NCBI GenBank assembly: GCA_038143065.1 | Contig: JAYQLI010000035.1 | Location: 640,001-704,000, forward strand | Length of the DNA stretch: 64,000 nucleotides | Source of the DNA: Rhodospirillales bacterium | GTDB lineage: Bacteria > Pseudomonadota > Alphaproteobacteria > Bin95 | Direction of reading: 5' to 3' | Part shown: in pieces, positions 30,992 through 41,710 of the stretch | How positions within the stretch are numbered: position 1 is the stretch's first letter | Layout: each line of letters begins with the position of its first letter | Program-made: the position numbers and the translations under genes | Notes under the pieces: model-generated | Database searches by the model: none | Told to the model about the DNA's origin: nothing | What the model saw: only the letters and a program-made list of their open reading frames with translations

Positions 30992-32785
30992 ATGAATACT
31001 AGCCCAGAGCAGACTTCTCAGGAAGCATTGAGCCGCCTTGCACAAGAGCTAACCGACATTGCCGAGCGGAGCCAGAGATTAATCGCTGATTTCACTGAAA
31101 ATGCAGATAAATTAAATACTGGTGAAACACAGCAGGAATTTATGCTTATCGGGCAAACGTTCATGCAGTATGCGATGAAGCTTGCAGAAAACCCAATACA
31201 GATGATCGAAGCTCAGGCGGATCTATGGGCACAGTATTCCACTCTCTGGCAGAACACGCTCCAACGAATGACTGGAAATGAAGCTGAACCTGTAGCTACT
31301 CCGGACGCTGGCGACCGCCGCTTTAAAGACTCAGAATGGTCAAACAACATAATTTTTGACTACATAAAACAATCGTATCTTCTAACTTCACGATGGTTAG
31401 TGGATCAAACGGGGCATGCTGAAGGGCTTGAGCCCCATCTTGCGAAAAAGGTAGATTTCTTTACCCGCCAATTTGTTGACGCAATATCCCCAACAAATTT
31501 TGTAGCAACCAACCCAACTGTTCTCAAAGAAACACTTGAGACACGAGGAGAAAATCTGCTCAAAGGCCTGCAAAATATCCTAAACGATATGGAACGCGGG
31601 CATGGGCAGCTTCGTATTAGCCAAACAGATATGGAGGCATTTTCTGTTGGAGAGAATATCGCAGTAACTCCGGGCCAAGTCGTTTTCCAGAACGAATTAA
31701 TGCAATTGATACATTACGAGCCCACTACTGAAACCCAATTTGAAACACCTTTGTTGATAATTCCGCCATGGATCAACAAATTTTATATCCTCGACCTCCG
31801 TCCAGAAAACTCATTTATTAAATGGGCTACAGATCAAGGTCACAGTGTCTATGTAATCTCTTGGATAAATCCAACAGAAGAACTGAGACACAAAGACTTT
31901 ACTTCTTACATGATGGACGGCCCTCTTGCCGCATTAGAAGCCATCAAGACAGATATAGGCATACAGAAGGTAAACGCGATTGGGTATTGCTTAGGGGGTA
32001 CTTTACTCTCGGCGACACTGGCTTATGCCGCCAAAAAGAATATGGACAGCTTTGCTAGCGCCACCTTCTTCACAACGCTTGTTGACTTTGAAAAAGCTGG
32101 CGAACTCTCAGTCTTTGTTGACGAAGATCAAATTCAAGCCATTGAACGTAAAATGCGCGACAAAGGCTTTCTAGACGGTGCTGAAATGGCGTCAACTTTT
32201 AATAGTTTACGCTCTAACGACCTAATTTGGTCTTTTGTAGTAAGTAATTATCTAATGGGGAAAGAGCCCTTTCCTTTTGATTTATTGTTCTGGAATTCTG
32301 ATTCCACACGGCTCCCTGAAGCAATGCATTCTTTTTATCTCAGAAATATGTACCAAAAAAATTTGATGCGTGAGCCAGGCGGTATTTCTATGGGTAATGT
32401 ACCAATTAATTTAGGCGATATTGATGTTCCAACATACTTTCTAGCCACTAAGGAGGATCACATTGCTCCATGGCCAGGCGTTTATCAGGGTATGAAACGT
32501 TTTGGTGGTGAATCAAAATTTGTGCTGGCTGCCTCAGGACATATCGCTGGGGTAATTAATCCTCCTGCTGCAGAGAAATATAGCTACTGGACCAATGAGA
32601 AAAAATTAGATGAGCAAGGGGATTGGCTGGAAAGCTCTGTCGAAAAGCCTGGCTCTTGGTGGGTTGATTGGCAATCTTGGATCCTAAGTAATACCGGTCT
32701 AAAAGTTCCGGCCCGTATTCCTGGTAAAGGTAAGTTAAGCAGGATTGAAGCTGCGCCAGGCTCCTACGTTAAAGTTCGATCATAG
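30992..32785 (+). CDS. phaC: Class I polyhydroxyalkanoate synthase
   Basis: DRRF, PPWINKFYILDL, lipase box GYCLGG, WNSD, DHI, SGHIAG. Confidence 0.96.
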   Translation: MNTSPEQTSQEALSRLAQELTDIAERSQRLIADFTENADKLNTGETQQEFMLIGQTFMQYAMKLAENPIQMIEAQADLWAQYSTLWQNTLQRMTGNEAEPVATPDAGDRRFKDSEWSNNIIFDYIKQSYLLTSRWLVDQTGHAEGLEPHLAKKVDFFTRQFVDAISPTNFVATNPTVLKETLETRGENLLKGLQNILNDMERGHGQLRISQTDMEAFSVGENIAVTPGQVVFQNELMQLIHYEPTTETQFETPLLIIPPWINKFYILDLRPENSFIKWATDQGHSVYVISWINPTEELRHKDFTSYMMDGPLAALEAIKTDIGIQKVNAIGYCLGGTLLSATLAYAAKKNMDSFASATFFTTLVDFEKAGELSVFVDEDQIQAIERKMRDKGFLDGAEMASTFNSLRSNDLIWSFVVSNYLMGKEPFPFDLLFWNSDSTRLPEAMHSFYLRNMYQKNLMREPGGISMGNVPINLGDIDVPTYFLATKEDHIAPWPGVYQGMKRFGGESKFVLAASGHIAGVINPPAAEKYSYWTNEKKLDEQGDWLESSVEKPGSWWVDWQSWILSNTGLKVPARIPGKGKLSRIEAAPGSYVKVRS

Positions 32786-32913
32786 CGTATTCGCACTCTT
32801 AAACAGAATTACCTGCTAACACCTAAATTTTTAGGCTGGATCTAAAACTGTGGCTTAACAGTCCACAGTCTTTAGTGTAGCTAGCACTTAATTCGCGGAT
32901 TATAAGCGGTCCT

Positions 32914-33878
32914 ATGATAATGCCTTCTGCTGAATCGCTGTCCTCTCGCCACCTTATTGGTATCGAGGGCCTTTCGCCCGCTGAAATTGGTTTGCTTCTG
33001 GATTTATCTGATCGCTATGTCGATTTTAATCGTAGTGCAAACAAGAAAGGTGACGCACTACGTGGACGAACAATTATTAATGTTTTTTTCGAAAACTCGA
33101 CACGTACACGCACTTCTTTTGAGCTGGCTGGAAAACGCTTAGGAGCGGATGTCATCAATATCTCTCCGGAGGTGAGCTCTGTTCGTAAAGGCGAGACACT
33201 CCTCGATACAGCTTTAACTTTGGATGCAATGCATGCCGATCTATTGGTTGTTCGACATCCTGAATCTGGAGCCGTTGGCCTAATTTCGCAAAAAGTGCGC
33301 TGCTCAGTTGTTAATGGTGGCGACGGCGCACACGAGCATCCAACACAAGCTCTTTTAGATGCCCTTGCAATCCGTCGACGTAAGGGAAAACTCTCCGGCC
33401 TAATAGTCGCGATATGTGGCGATATTCTTCATAGCCGGGTTGCCCGTTCAAATATGATTTTGCTTCGAACAATGGGTGCAGAAGTAAGGCTGGTGGCACC
33501 CCTACTCTTTTACCAGCTGAGGTAGAAAGATACGGAGTAACCGTCCATACTAACCTTTCAGAGGGTTTAAAAGATGCAGACATCGTCATGATGTTGCGCC
33601 TTCAGCAAGGACGGATGCGTGGAAGTTTTGTCCCCTCCACAACTGAGTACTTTCGATTTTTTGGTTTGGACAGCCAAAAGCTTGCGATGGCTAAACCAGA
33701 CGCCCTTATTATGCACCCTGGCCCTATGAATAGAGGTGTCGAAATTGACTCTGATGTGGCTGACGACATTAATCGCAGCCTAATCCAAGAACAGGTAGAG
33801 ATGGGCGTTGCAGTACGCATGGCATGTCTTGACCTGTTAACCAGAGATCTCACGGGTAATGAGGGGCCGGCAGAATGA
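32914..33878 (+). CDS. pyrB: Aspartate carbamoyltransferase catalytic subunit (frameshift near 33500)
   Basis: [36 protein letters not shown]. Confidence 0.95.
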
Positions 33879-35168
33879 AGCGTATGTTCTTTCAGAATGC
33901 CCGAATTTTAGACCCAGCGAGTAATCTGGATGTCGTTGGTGGACTTCTCGTTGAGAATGGAAAAATTGCGGATCTTGGTCCAGATCTTGGAGATCCACCT
34001 CTAGATGTCGAGGTTTTTGACTGCAAAGGTCTTTGTCTCGCCCCCGGCCTCGTAGATATACGTGTTCACCTGTGTGAACCAGGCGAAGAACACAAAGAAA
34101 CCATCGATGGCCTTTCTGCCTCAGCAGCTAAAGGAGGCATAACAACATTAGTTGGGCTGCCTAATACTGAGCCTCCAATTGATGACGCTGCAGTCGTAGA
34201 GTTTGTTGCAAGACGTGCTCGCGAAGTTCGTGGAGTGAAAATTTTTGTCTACGGCGCCGCCACTAAGGGCTTTGACGGGAAACGCCTCACTGAAATGGGA
34301 TTATTAAAAGAGGCTGGAGCAAGAGCCTTTACAGACGGCAATATTGCTATTGCAGATGCCATGATGATGCGTCGCGTTCTATCATACGCTAGTGGTTTTG
34401 ACGCCCTAGTCATCCAGCACCCTGAAGAGCCAACACTAACAGCGTCTGCGGTAGCAACTGAGGGTGAATTTGCGACCAGATTAGGTCTATCTGCGGCACC
34501 GGCCTCAGCAGAGGTCATGATGGTGGAACGTGACATCCGACTTGTTGAAATGACAGGCGCTCGCTATCACGCCGCACATATTTCGACTGCTGCCACCGTC
34601 GATAAAATTGCAGATGCAAAATCACGTGGCCTGAATGTTAGTGCTGATACCGCTCCAGCGTATTTTGCCCTAAATGAAACTGAGATTTTAAAATATCGAA
34701 CTTTTTCAAAACTATCACCGCCACTGAGATCAGAAGATGATCGTCGATCTATTGTTGAAGCTCTCAAGGCAGGAACTATCGACGTCATCGCAAGCGATCA
34801 CTGGCCTCAAGACCAAGAGTCAAAGCGTCTACCTTTTGCTCAAGCCAATCCTGGTGCTGTGGGTGTTGAAACTCTGCTGCCAGTGTGTCTCGAACTCGTG
34901 CATAAGGGTGAAATTGGATTACTCGACCTTCTAGGAAAACTGACAGTAAACCCAGCAAAGCTTCTTGGCCTTCCAGGAGGAAGTTTAAAGGAAAGGCGGT
35001 CCGGCAGATATAGTTGTGTTTGATATTGACCGGCCCTTCAAAGTTGACTCAGACAAACTTAATTCAAAATCAAAAAACTCAGCATTCGATGGTCGTCCTG
35101 TTCAAGGAATGGTCATGGTAACTATGGTGGATGGCCGTATCGTCTATGATGGACGCATCTCAGAATGA
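33875..35168 (+). CDS. pyrC: Dihydroorotase or dihydroorotase-like PyrC' (frameshift near 34993)
   Basis: APGLVD.RVH..EPG, PNT.P, HIST, PPLR, IASDH. C-terminus continues ADIVVFD...SKSKNSAF to a TGA at 35168 overlapping plsY. Confidence 0.88.
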
Positions 35169-35776
35169 TATACCCCTTAGGAGGTTGGGATTTCATTTGG
35201 CCTTTAATCTTCGGCTTCCTTGCAGCCTACGTACTAGGCTCAATACCGTTCGGACTTATATTAACAAAGCTATTTGGTGCTGGAGATATTCGAACAATAG
35301 GTTCCGGTAATATTGGCGCGACGAATGTTTTAAGAACAGGCCGAAAAGGTTTAGCTGCTTTCACGCTTATTCTTGATATTGGAAAAGGTACCACTGCTGT
35401 TGCCTTAGGATGGCACTTCGGTGGTCCAGACTTAGCCACGCTGGCTGCCTACGGAGCAGTTTTAGGACACTGCTTCCCTATATGGCTTAAATTTAAAGGC
35501 GGAAAAGGTGTTGCAACCTTTTTGGGTGTTGGGTTTGGACTCGCAGCACCAATCGGGATAGTTGCAGCTGCGGTTTGGATAGCTTCTGTAGTCTTCTCAA
35601 GAATATCTTCTGTAGGTGGTTTACTGTCCGCAATATCAGCACCAGTAACAGCGGCTCTAATTGGTGACAGGCAATTGACGGAAGCTACAGCCCTTATAGC
35701 GATCCTTATTATCCTTAGACACAAGGAAAATATCCATCGCATTATCCGAAAAGAGGAACCAAAAATTGGAGAATAA
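35165..35776 (+). CDS. plsY: Glycerol-3-phosphate acyltransferase
   Basis: YVLGSIPFG, GSGNIGATN, GH.FP..L.FKGGKGVAT, RH.ENI.R. Confidence 0.96.
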   Translation: MIYPLGGWDFIWPLIFGFLAAYVLGSIPFGLILTKLFGAGDIRTIGSGNIGATNVLRTGRKGLAAFTLILDIGKGTTAVALGWHFGGPDLATLAAYGAVLGHCFPIWLKFKGGKGVATFLGVGFGLAAPIGIVAAAVWIASVVFSRISSVGGLLSAISAPVTAALIGDRQLTEATALIAILIILRHKENIHRIIRKEEPKIGE

Positions 35777-35880
35777 GGCATAACAAAACGCGTTGGCCTT
35801 GTTCCTCTTAACCCAAGCAATTTAGCCTAGATAATCTGTTTCTTTATTTTTAATAAACCTTCGCTTGAGTGATGAGCTTA

Positions 35881-37107
35881 TCATTTCCACTTCAGTTTTG
35901 GTTCAAAACCAAAACAACGTGCGGAGTTCATTCCTAGAATATTTCGTTTGGCTTCTTCGTCTAACCAGTCAATTTCAGCGATGACACGCGGTGCATCAAA
36001 ATCGAAGTGCGGCCAGTCCGATGCGTAAAGTAATTGGGTCTTAGCATTAATCATCTCAAAGGTAGCCTTGAGACCCACCTCACTAGACTTTTCCATTGGC
36101 TGACAAGTGTACCAACAATTTTGGCGCATATAGTCAGAGGGCATTTGCTTTAAGAGAGGCGCCTCGGACATCCTCATTAAATATTGGTCATCGAGGCGTT
36201 GCATTACAAATGGAACCCATGCAAGACCACTTTCAATCCATACCGATTTTAGATTAGGGAACCTCTCTGGAATTCCATTGAGTATCCAATTCGTCATATG
36301 AACGATATTGCACCACGCAAACCCAAGTGCATGCATTCCGAGAAAACTATTACATGTTGCTAACGAAGGGTCTTGCCAGTGGTAGCCCGCATGAAAAGCA
36401 ATTGGTTTTCCAGTTTCCTCAATCATTCGTTAAAGTCGCATATTTTCATTTGCGTGCACTGGCTTGTATCGAGTTGAGGTTACCGTAAATCCGATAACGC
36501 CAGGTTTATCTGCAAAATCCTCAACGGTACGACAGGCATCTTCAGGCGAGTTAAAGGGAAGAAGTGCCAATGCTCCAATTCCATCATCGCCAGGGGTTAC
36601 TCGTTCTGTCAGCCATCGATTATATGCACGAGTAAGCAACACCTCCATTTCCACTTGAGGGTGCATCCCCAGAAAAAGCATCGGGGTAGGAAAAACCACC
36701 ATTTTATCGATGCACATAGCTTCCATAGCGCGACGAGTTAAGACGACATCTCTATGAACGTCGCCTTCTTCCACCTTCTCACGCTGACCAGATTGATGAG
36801 GAATTCGACCCCCTACATCCTGATATCGAAGACCAAGGTCTCCATTTAATCCATAAGGTGGCGCCCCAAAACGCTCTTTTTGATAAGTCATTGCTTGATG
36901 ACGAACTACAGGGTCTTCTATGTGTTCGATGACCTCGTGCCAGTGTACAGTCTCTAAGTGGTGGGCATCGATGTCGCAGATAAACCAATCCGCAAACCCC
37001 ATTTTCCGGGCGTCTTCACGAGCAGGCGCGAGGTAATCGCGAGTATCAGTATAGACGTCCATTTCCTGGACGGGCATTACCTTTGGCGAAATTATATTTG
37101 CGTCCAC
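35881..37107 (-). CDS. Amidohydrolase-2 (TIM-barrel) protein, probable dinuclear oxygenase; in-frame TAA at 36430-36432
   Basis: DIDAH, AFHAG, WIESG and ASDWPHFD motifs. The two ORF halves share a frame (MRL*RMIEETG). Co-oriented with a Rieske gene. Confidence 0.8.
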
Positions 37108-37143
37108 TGCCTGTCTCCTTTCTAGAAGTACTTTAACAACACA

Positions 37144-37512
37144 CTAATCACCGAGAGGCTCTGGTGGGAGATCATGATAATCTTCTGGACGACGGCGAGA
37201 CCAGAGGCCAAATTCCATTGGTCCTAATCTTAGAGCTCTCAGGATCTCTGTGACGGACGTTAAAGCCTCGGTAGGCGTTAAGATCTCGTCACTCTCACCA
37301 AGCACTGCTTTAGGGCTCCGCATCTCTCCATCAGCTTTTGCAGCATAAAGTTTTAATGCTGCCGTCATAATCCTTGCAACTGCCACATCTGAAACACGGC
37401 CCGCCTCGCCCTCTGCGAGAAGAGCTTTGGCATCTTCCCAGACGCGGCCAGACATTGCTTCTAGATCTGCTGCTGGATCGTTTCCTTTAAGGATATCCTT
37501 AGATGACGACAT
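37144..37512 (-). CDS. Small helical hypothetical protein between the Rieske and amidohydrolase genes
   Basis: Open frame overlapping the Rieske stop codon and ending just before the RBS of the amidohydrolase. Confidence 0.7.
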   Translation of the reverse strand: MSSSKDILKGNDPAADLEAMSGRVWEDAKALLAEGEAGRVSDVAVARIMTAALKLYAAKADGEMRSPKAVLGESDEILTPTEALTSVTEILRALRLGPMEFGLWSRRRPEDYHDLPPEPLGD

Positions 37513-37872
37513 AAACATCACCATCTTGGACCTGGGTTGGATACCCTTCGAGGGCCATTATTTTCACGTCCGATGCACCAGCGAATTGCCCAGTTCGTAT
37601 GTCGAACTCAAGCCCATGCCACGGGCAGACTATATGAATGCTCTCTTCATCATAATCCCGCCCCTACTCTTCAAGTCAGCATCCAGGACCTCAATTACTT
37701 TATTAAAAATTCTTCCCTGACAGATTGGACCACCTTGATGTGGGCACCTATTTTTCCAGGCATAAAACTCATCGCCAATACGAAAAATACCAATTTGTTC
37801 GCCATCAGCTTCAATGACTATTTTTCCGCCATCTTCAATCTCACTTACTTGGCTTACTCGTATCGTTGGCAT
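37499..37872 (-). CDS. Rieske [2Fe-2S] ferredoxin (frameshift near 37660)
   Basis: CPHQGG in the first frame; HIVCPWHGLEFDIRTG...VQDGDVYVVI* in the second. Confidence 0.88.
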
Positions 37873-38039
37873 TGATTATCCCACTGGAATTTTGAAAATC
37901 AGGAAGTAATAATCTCCATTAAGCCCTCAGCGATCAACTGATCTTGCACAAATTACTTAATTTTTGCTCGAATTAGCAAACTTCTGGCCTGATAGGCCTT
38001 GTTCCATCGGCCCACGAACTCAAGAGCTATCAATGGAAA

Positions 38040-39197
38040 TTATTTAACTGGTGGTGTGTGGAGAACCTGTCCTGGATAAATAAGATCTGGATTAGTTACC
38101 TGATCTCTGTTTGCAGCAAAGATCACAGTATAGCGAAAACCTGATCCATACGTGCGCCTTGCAATCCGCCATAGACTATTTCCGGGTTGAACCACAACTA
38201 ATCGCCCCTTAGGAAATTTCTGGACTAATTCATCGGGGGCAAACGGCATACTTGCGGTAGAATATTCATCGCCCAAAGAGGCTGTAGCCACAATTTTATT
38301 GGCCCCATCAGCCATACCCTCGATGGTTGTGAGCGACCATTGCCCCTGATCATCAGTATCGGTCGAGCCAATGGTCCGACCATTTACTTCAATACTTATC
38401 TTCGAACCAGGTTTAGCTTCCCCACTAATCGCTAAACGTCCTTTTTCGTCATAATCAATAATTTTTATCTTGAGTAGTTTGCCTTCAGCACTCTCTTTAG
38501 AGGCGTTAGAGTTTGATACTGACGCGTTATCTCCACTTTTTTGAGCTGTATCTAAGGGTCTTCTAGATAAAGGTTCTTGCAATATTCTAGATACAGTATC
38601 TGCAGTATCTTTCTGCGCCACAATCAGGGCCGGGCCTCCAGGAAATCTCGAGATAACTAATCTTTCGGAAGCTACCTTTATTTCACCGCCGGGAATTTCT
38701 TCTGCAACTAATGCCAGTACACTCTCTCCCTCAGGCAAGGGAGCATTTGTGAGAATAGTGAAACTTCCATCTTCAAGAGATAATGTTTCTCCTACTACTG
38801 AGCCATCCAACTTCTTTAGCCAGACCCGCACATTACGAAATGCACGACCTGAGAATACCCCATTCCCAAGCTCATCAACTTCTGCCACATCAAATCGAGG
38901 TAGATTATTGTTTTCTCCTTTATCACCGCTATCAATTTTAGAGGAATTTGAGCTTTGACTGGTTGCTTTGACGTCCAGTTTGGTCTCATTAGACCGGCTT
39001 AAGACTTTTTGAGCTTCGTTGAGTGCCTTCTTTAGGGATTCATTATTAGATTGTTCAGTTGCGATAGTTGGCCGAGGCGACATCACAACTTTTTCGCCTT
39101 CGCCATCGGCTGGCTCATTTGTTATTAATTGGCTGTAATAAACACCGCCGATTATTATCCCTATTGTTAGGAGTCGAGCCCACCAAGACCTTTTCAC
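38040..39197 (-). CDS. Membrane-anchored LysM peptidoglycan-binding protein with Ig-like repeats
   Basis: N-terminal TM; C-terminal VVQPGNSLWRIA..YG.G..Y..IF.AN..Q..NPDLIYPGQ. Confidence 0.88.
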   Translation of the reverse strand: MKRSWWARLLTIGIIIGGVYYSQLITNEPADGEGEKVVMSPRPTIATEQSNNESLKKALNEAQKVLSRSNETKLDVKATSQSSNSSKIDSGDKGENNNLPRFDVAEVDELGNGVFSGRAFRNVRVWLKKLDGSVVGETLSLEDGSFTILTNAPLPEGESVLALVAEEIPGGEIKVASERLVISRFPGGPALIVAQKDTADTVSRILQEPLSRRPLDTAQKSGDNASVSNSNASKESAEGKLLKIKIIDYDEKGRLAISGEAKPGSKISIEVNGRTIGSTDTDDQGQWSLTTIEGMADGANKIVATASLGDEYSTASMPFAPDELVQKFPKGRLVVVQPGNSLWRIARRTYGSGFRYTVIFAANRDQVTNPDLIYPGQVLHTPPVK

Positions 39198-39316
39198 GAC
39201 GTCAAACCCTCCCGCGAAGCGTGCTTTAAGCGTTTTTCAGCCAATGTTACATAATGCACTGCAATTACTGTTTTTATAAGAGGACTCATGTCACAACAGC
39301 TCAATTGGTTCATTCC

Positions 39317-39868
39317 ATGACAACAAAATTTAACGTCTGCGTGTTCTGTGGTTCCAGAAAAGGCAATAATTTGGACTTTCGCACCACCGCGGTAGCTACT
39401 GGAACGGCTATTGGAAAACGTGGTTGGAGATTGGTTTACGGCGGCGGTGGCGTAGGCTTAATGGACGAGGTAGCGAATTCGACCATCGCAGCGGGAGGTG
39501 AAGTAATAGGAGTAATTCCAGAATTCCTTCGCATCCGCGAAGCTGGGCACGAAGGCCTTCATGACCTAATCACAACATCAGGGATGCATGATCGAAAGCA
39601 AATTATGTATAGCATCGCAAACGCTTTCCTGATCTTACCTGGTGGTGTGGGAACTTTAGATGAGACAATTGAAATTATAACCTGGAAGCAGTTAGAACTT
39701 CATAAAAAGCCTATCATTCTTATAGATACAAACAATTTCTGGAGTCATTTCTTAAAAACATTGGAAAATAGTGTCGATAACGGTTTCATGGATAAATCTA
39801 TTTTTGATTTGTTTGAAATAGCTCCTGATGTAGACGCCGCAATAGCCAAGATTGAGACGACATTGTGA
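39317..39868 (+). CDS. LOG family nucleotide phosphoribohydrolase (TIGR00730 type)
   Basis: VCVFCGS, LVYGGG..GLM, MH.RK, PGG.GT.DE. Confidence 0.92.
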   Translation: MTTKFNVCVFCGSRKGNNLDFRTTAVATGTAIGKRGWRLVYGGGGVGLMDEVANSTIAAGGEVIGVIPEFLRIREAGHEGLHDLITTSGMHDRKQIMYSIANAFLILPGGVGTLDETIEIITWKQLELHKKPIILIDTNNFWSHFLKTLENSVDNGFMDKSIFDLFEIAPDVDAAIAKIETTL

Positions 39869-39898
39869 ACAATTCTAAAACACAAGGAATAGAAGTGC

Positions 39899-40267
39899 GT
39901 GTTTAAGTATCATGGGAGCTGCCATTGCGGCGCTGTGGAGATTGTTATGTCTAAAACATCTCCCATACAAAATATAACTGAATGCAACTGCTCCATCTGT
40001 CAAAAAAAAGGTATTTTGCACGTAGCAATACAAACCAATGAGCTCAACATACTTAAGGGCTCAAATTCTTTAGCTATGTACCAATTCGGTTCAAATGTAG
40101 CTGAACATAAATTTTGTAAAAGATGCGGAATACATATTTACGGAACGCCAAGGAGCGCGCCAGAACGACTGACTGTGAATATTCGCTGTCTTGATAATTT
40201 CTATGAAATAATCTCTACAGCTAAAATAACTAAATTTGATGGGAAAAATCATCCAAAAGATCAATAA
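39899..40267 (+). CDS. GFA/CENP-V family zinc protein
   Basis: GSCHCG, CNCSIC, FCKRCG. Confidence 0.9.
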   Translation: MFKYHGSCHCGAVEIVMSKTSPIQNITECNCSICQKKGILHVAIQTNELNILKGSNSLAMYQFGSNVAEHKFCKRCGIHIYGTPRSAPERLTVNIRCLDNFYEIISTAKITKFDGKNHPKDQ

Positions 40268-40342
40268 AATTATTGTTTTACAATAAATTCCTAATTTAAT
40301 TTTTGATCAGAAAACCTCTTTAAAATCCCCATCACTCATTAA

Positions 40343-40829
40343 TTATTTTGGCTTTAGATAATGGAGCTCGTCACCCGTCCATCCAACACCGTTGGGTACC
40401 GTATAATAGAAATCAATTGTCATTTCTTTAAACAACCAACCTGCCTCCGTTCGATGATAGACATCATCATAACGACCAGAAACAAGATATGAGACACCAA
40501 ACCTGCCATATCTAGCCTCTAGATAAGAATGACCAGTTCCCCGATCTCCATCCACAAATATTCTATGGCTATGAATCATCTGCTTTATAAAAAATCGGTC
40601 TCTCTTCCCCCATACCCTGGAAAGTAGCCTCAATTTCAGCCTTTCCACGGCTTTGGGATAAGTATCCCAATTTTACATAGGCATCTTCAGTAAAAAGCTT
40701 TGCAATATCGCTGTACCGTCCATCATTTATTGCAGCATGATATGAGTCTCGCAGTGACCTTATCTCTTCACGGTCTTCGAGCATTCTAATTCGCGCTTCA
40801 AGTCTCTTTATGGTTTTATCATCCGACAT
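40343..40829 (-). CDS. SnoaL/NTF2-like protein (frameshift near 40610)
   Basis: LE.RI..LEDREEIR.L...Y...I, LFTEDA, GRYDD.Y.R...GW.F. Confidence 0.82.
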
Positions 40830-40893
40830 TTTTAAATCCGGCCCTTGGAATAAACTGATATTTATATTCTGAACTATATAGAGGATTTACCCA

Positions 40894-41706
40894 ATGCGCT
40901 TCTGGTACCAAAGTGTAACGAGAGAAGGATCATTTCCGAAGTACCGGGCAACACTACAGCGCCTCATAGACGCCGCAGCCGGGTCAAATTTATCGGTCGA
41001 TGTTCATGGAATCAGACGCCAAGGTGGTACGGGTGATCAGTATCGGTACCTTGCATTTTTAGAAACTGTTGAAATTTTGGAGAACGTGCATCGTGCCCAG
41101 CAAGAAGGCTATGATGCATTTTTAATAGGTAACTTATTTGATCCCGGACTTCGCGAAGCTAGAGAAATCGCAGACATTCCAGTGATAAGCCTAGGTGAGA
41201 CCGTACTTCAGACTGCTGAAACAATGGGAGAAACACTTGGATTTGTTTCAATAAATAAAAAATTTGAGCCACGCCTTTGGGATGTGATTAATCGCCGTAG
41301 GCTGGCAGATAAAGTTTCTAAAATTTCTTCCATGCAAGTACCTTCTATGGCCGAGTTAGAGGCAGCGGGGTCTAGCACTGACGCAACAGATGCTCTGCTG
41401 CAGAGGTTTATTAGAGCCGCGGACGAAACAGTAGATGCTGGCGCCGAAGTGGTTATTGCTGCAGGTGGCGTTGTAATGGCAATTGTAGCTGATCAGGGCA
41501 TCCACAAAACAAGTAAAGGAGCCCCAATTATTAACGGTGTTGCAGCTCTAATCCAGCAAGGGAAAGCAGCTGTTTCACTCCGCAATCTCATGGAAGGATC
41601 CTATACATCCCCTATTCTATCCTTTGCAAAACCAAGCGACAATGAAACGATAGGTTTCCGTAAAGCATATGGTCAACGTGTGTACCCAGGCGTTAAAGGA
41701 GAATAA
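40894..41706 (+). CDS. Asp/Glu/hydantoin racemase-fold protein lacking cysteines
   Basis: EGYDAFLIG...DPGL.EAREIADIPV and GAEVVI patterns; the translation contains no Cys. Confidence 0.78.
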   Translation: MRFWYQSVTREGSFPKYRATLQRLIDAAAGSNLSVDVHGIRRQGGTGDQYRYLAFLETVEILENVHRAQQEGYDAFLIGNLFDPGLREAREIADIPVISLGETVLQTAETMGETLGFVSINKKFEPRLWDVINRRRLADKVSKISSMQVPSMAELEAAGSSTDATDALLQRFIRAADETVDAGAEVVIAAGGVVMAIVADQGIHKTSKGAPIINGVAALIQQGKAAVSLRNLMEGSYTSPILSFAKPSDNETIGFRKAYGQRVYPGVKGE

Positions 41707-41710
41707 CAAC

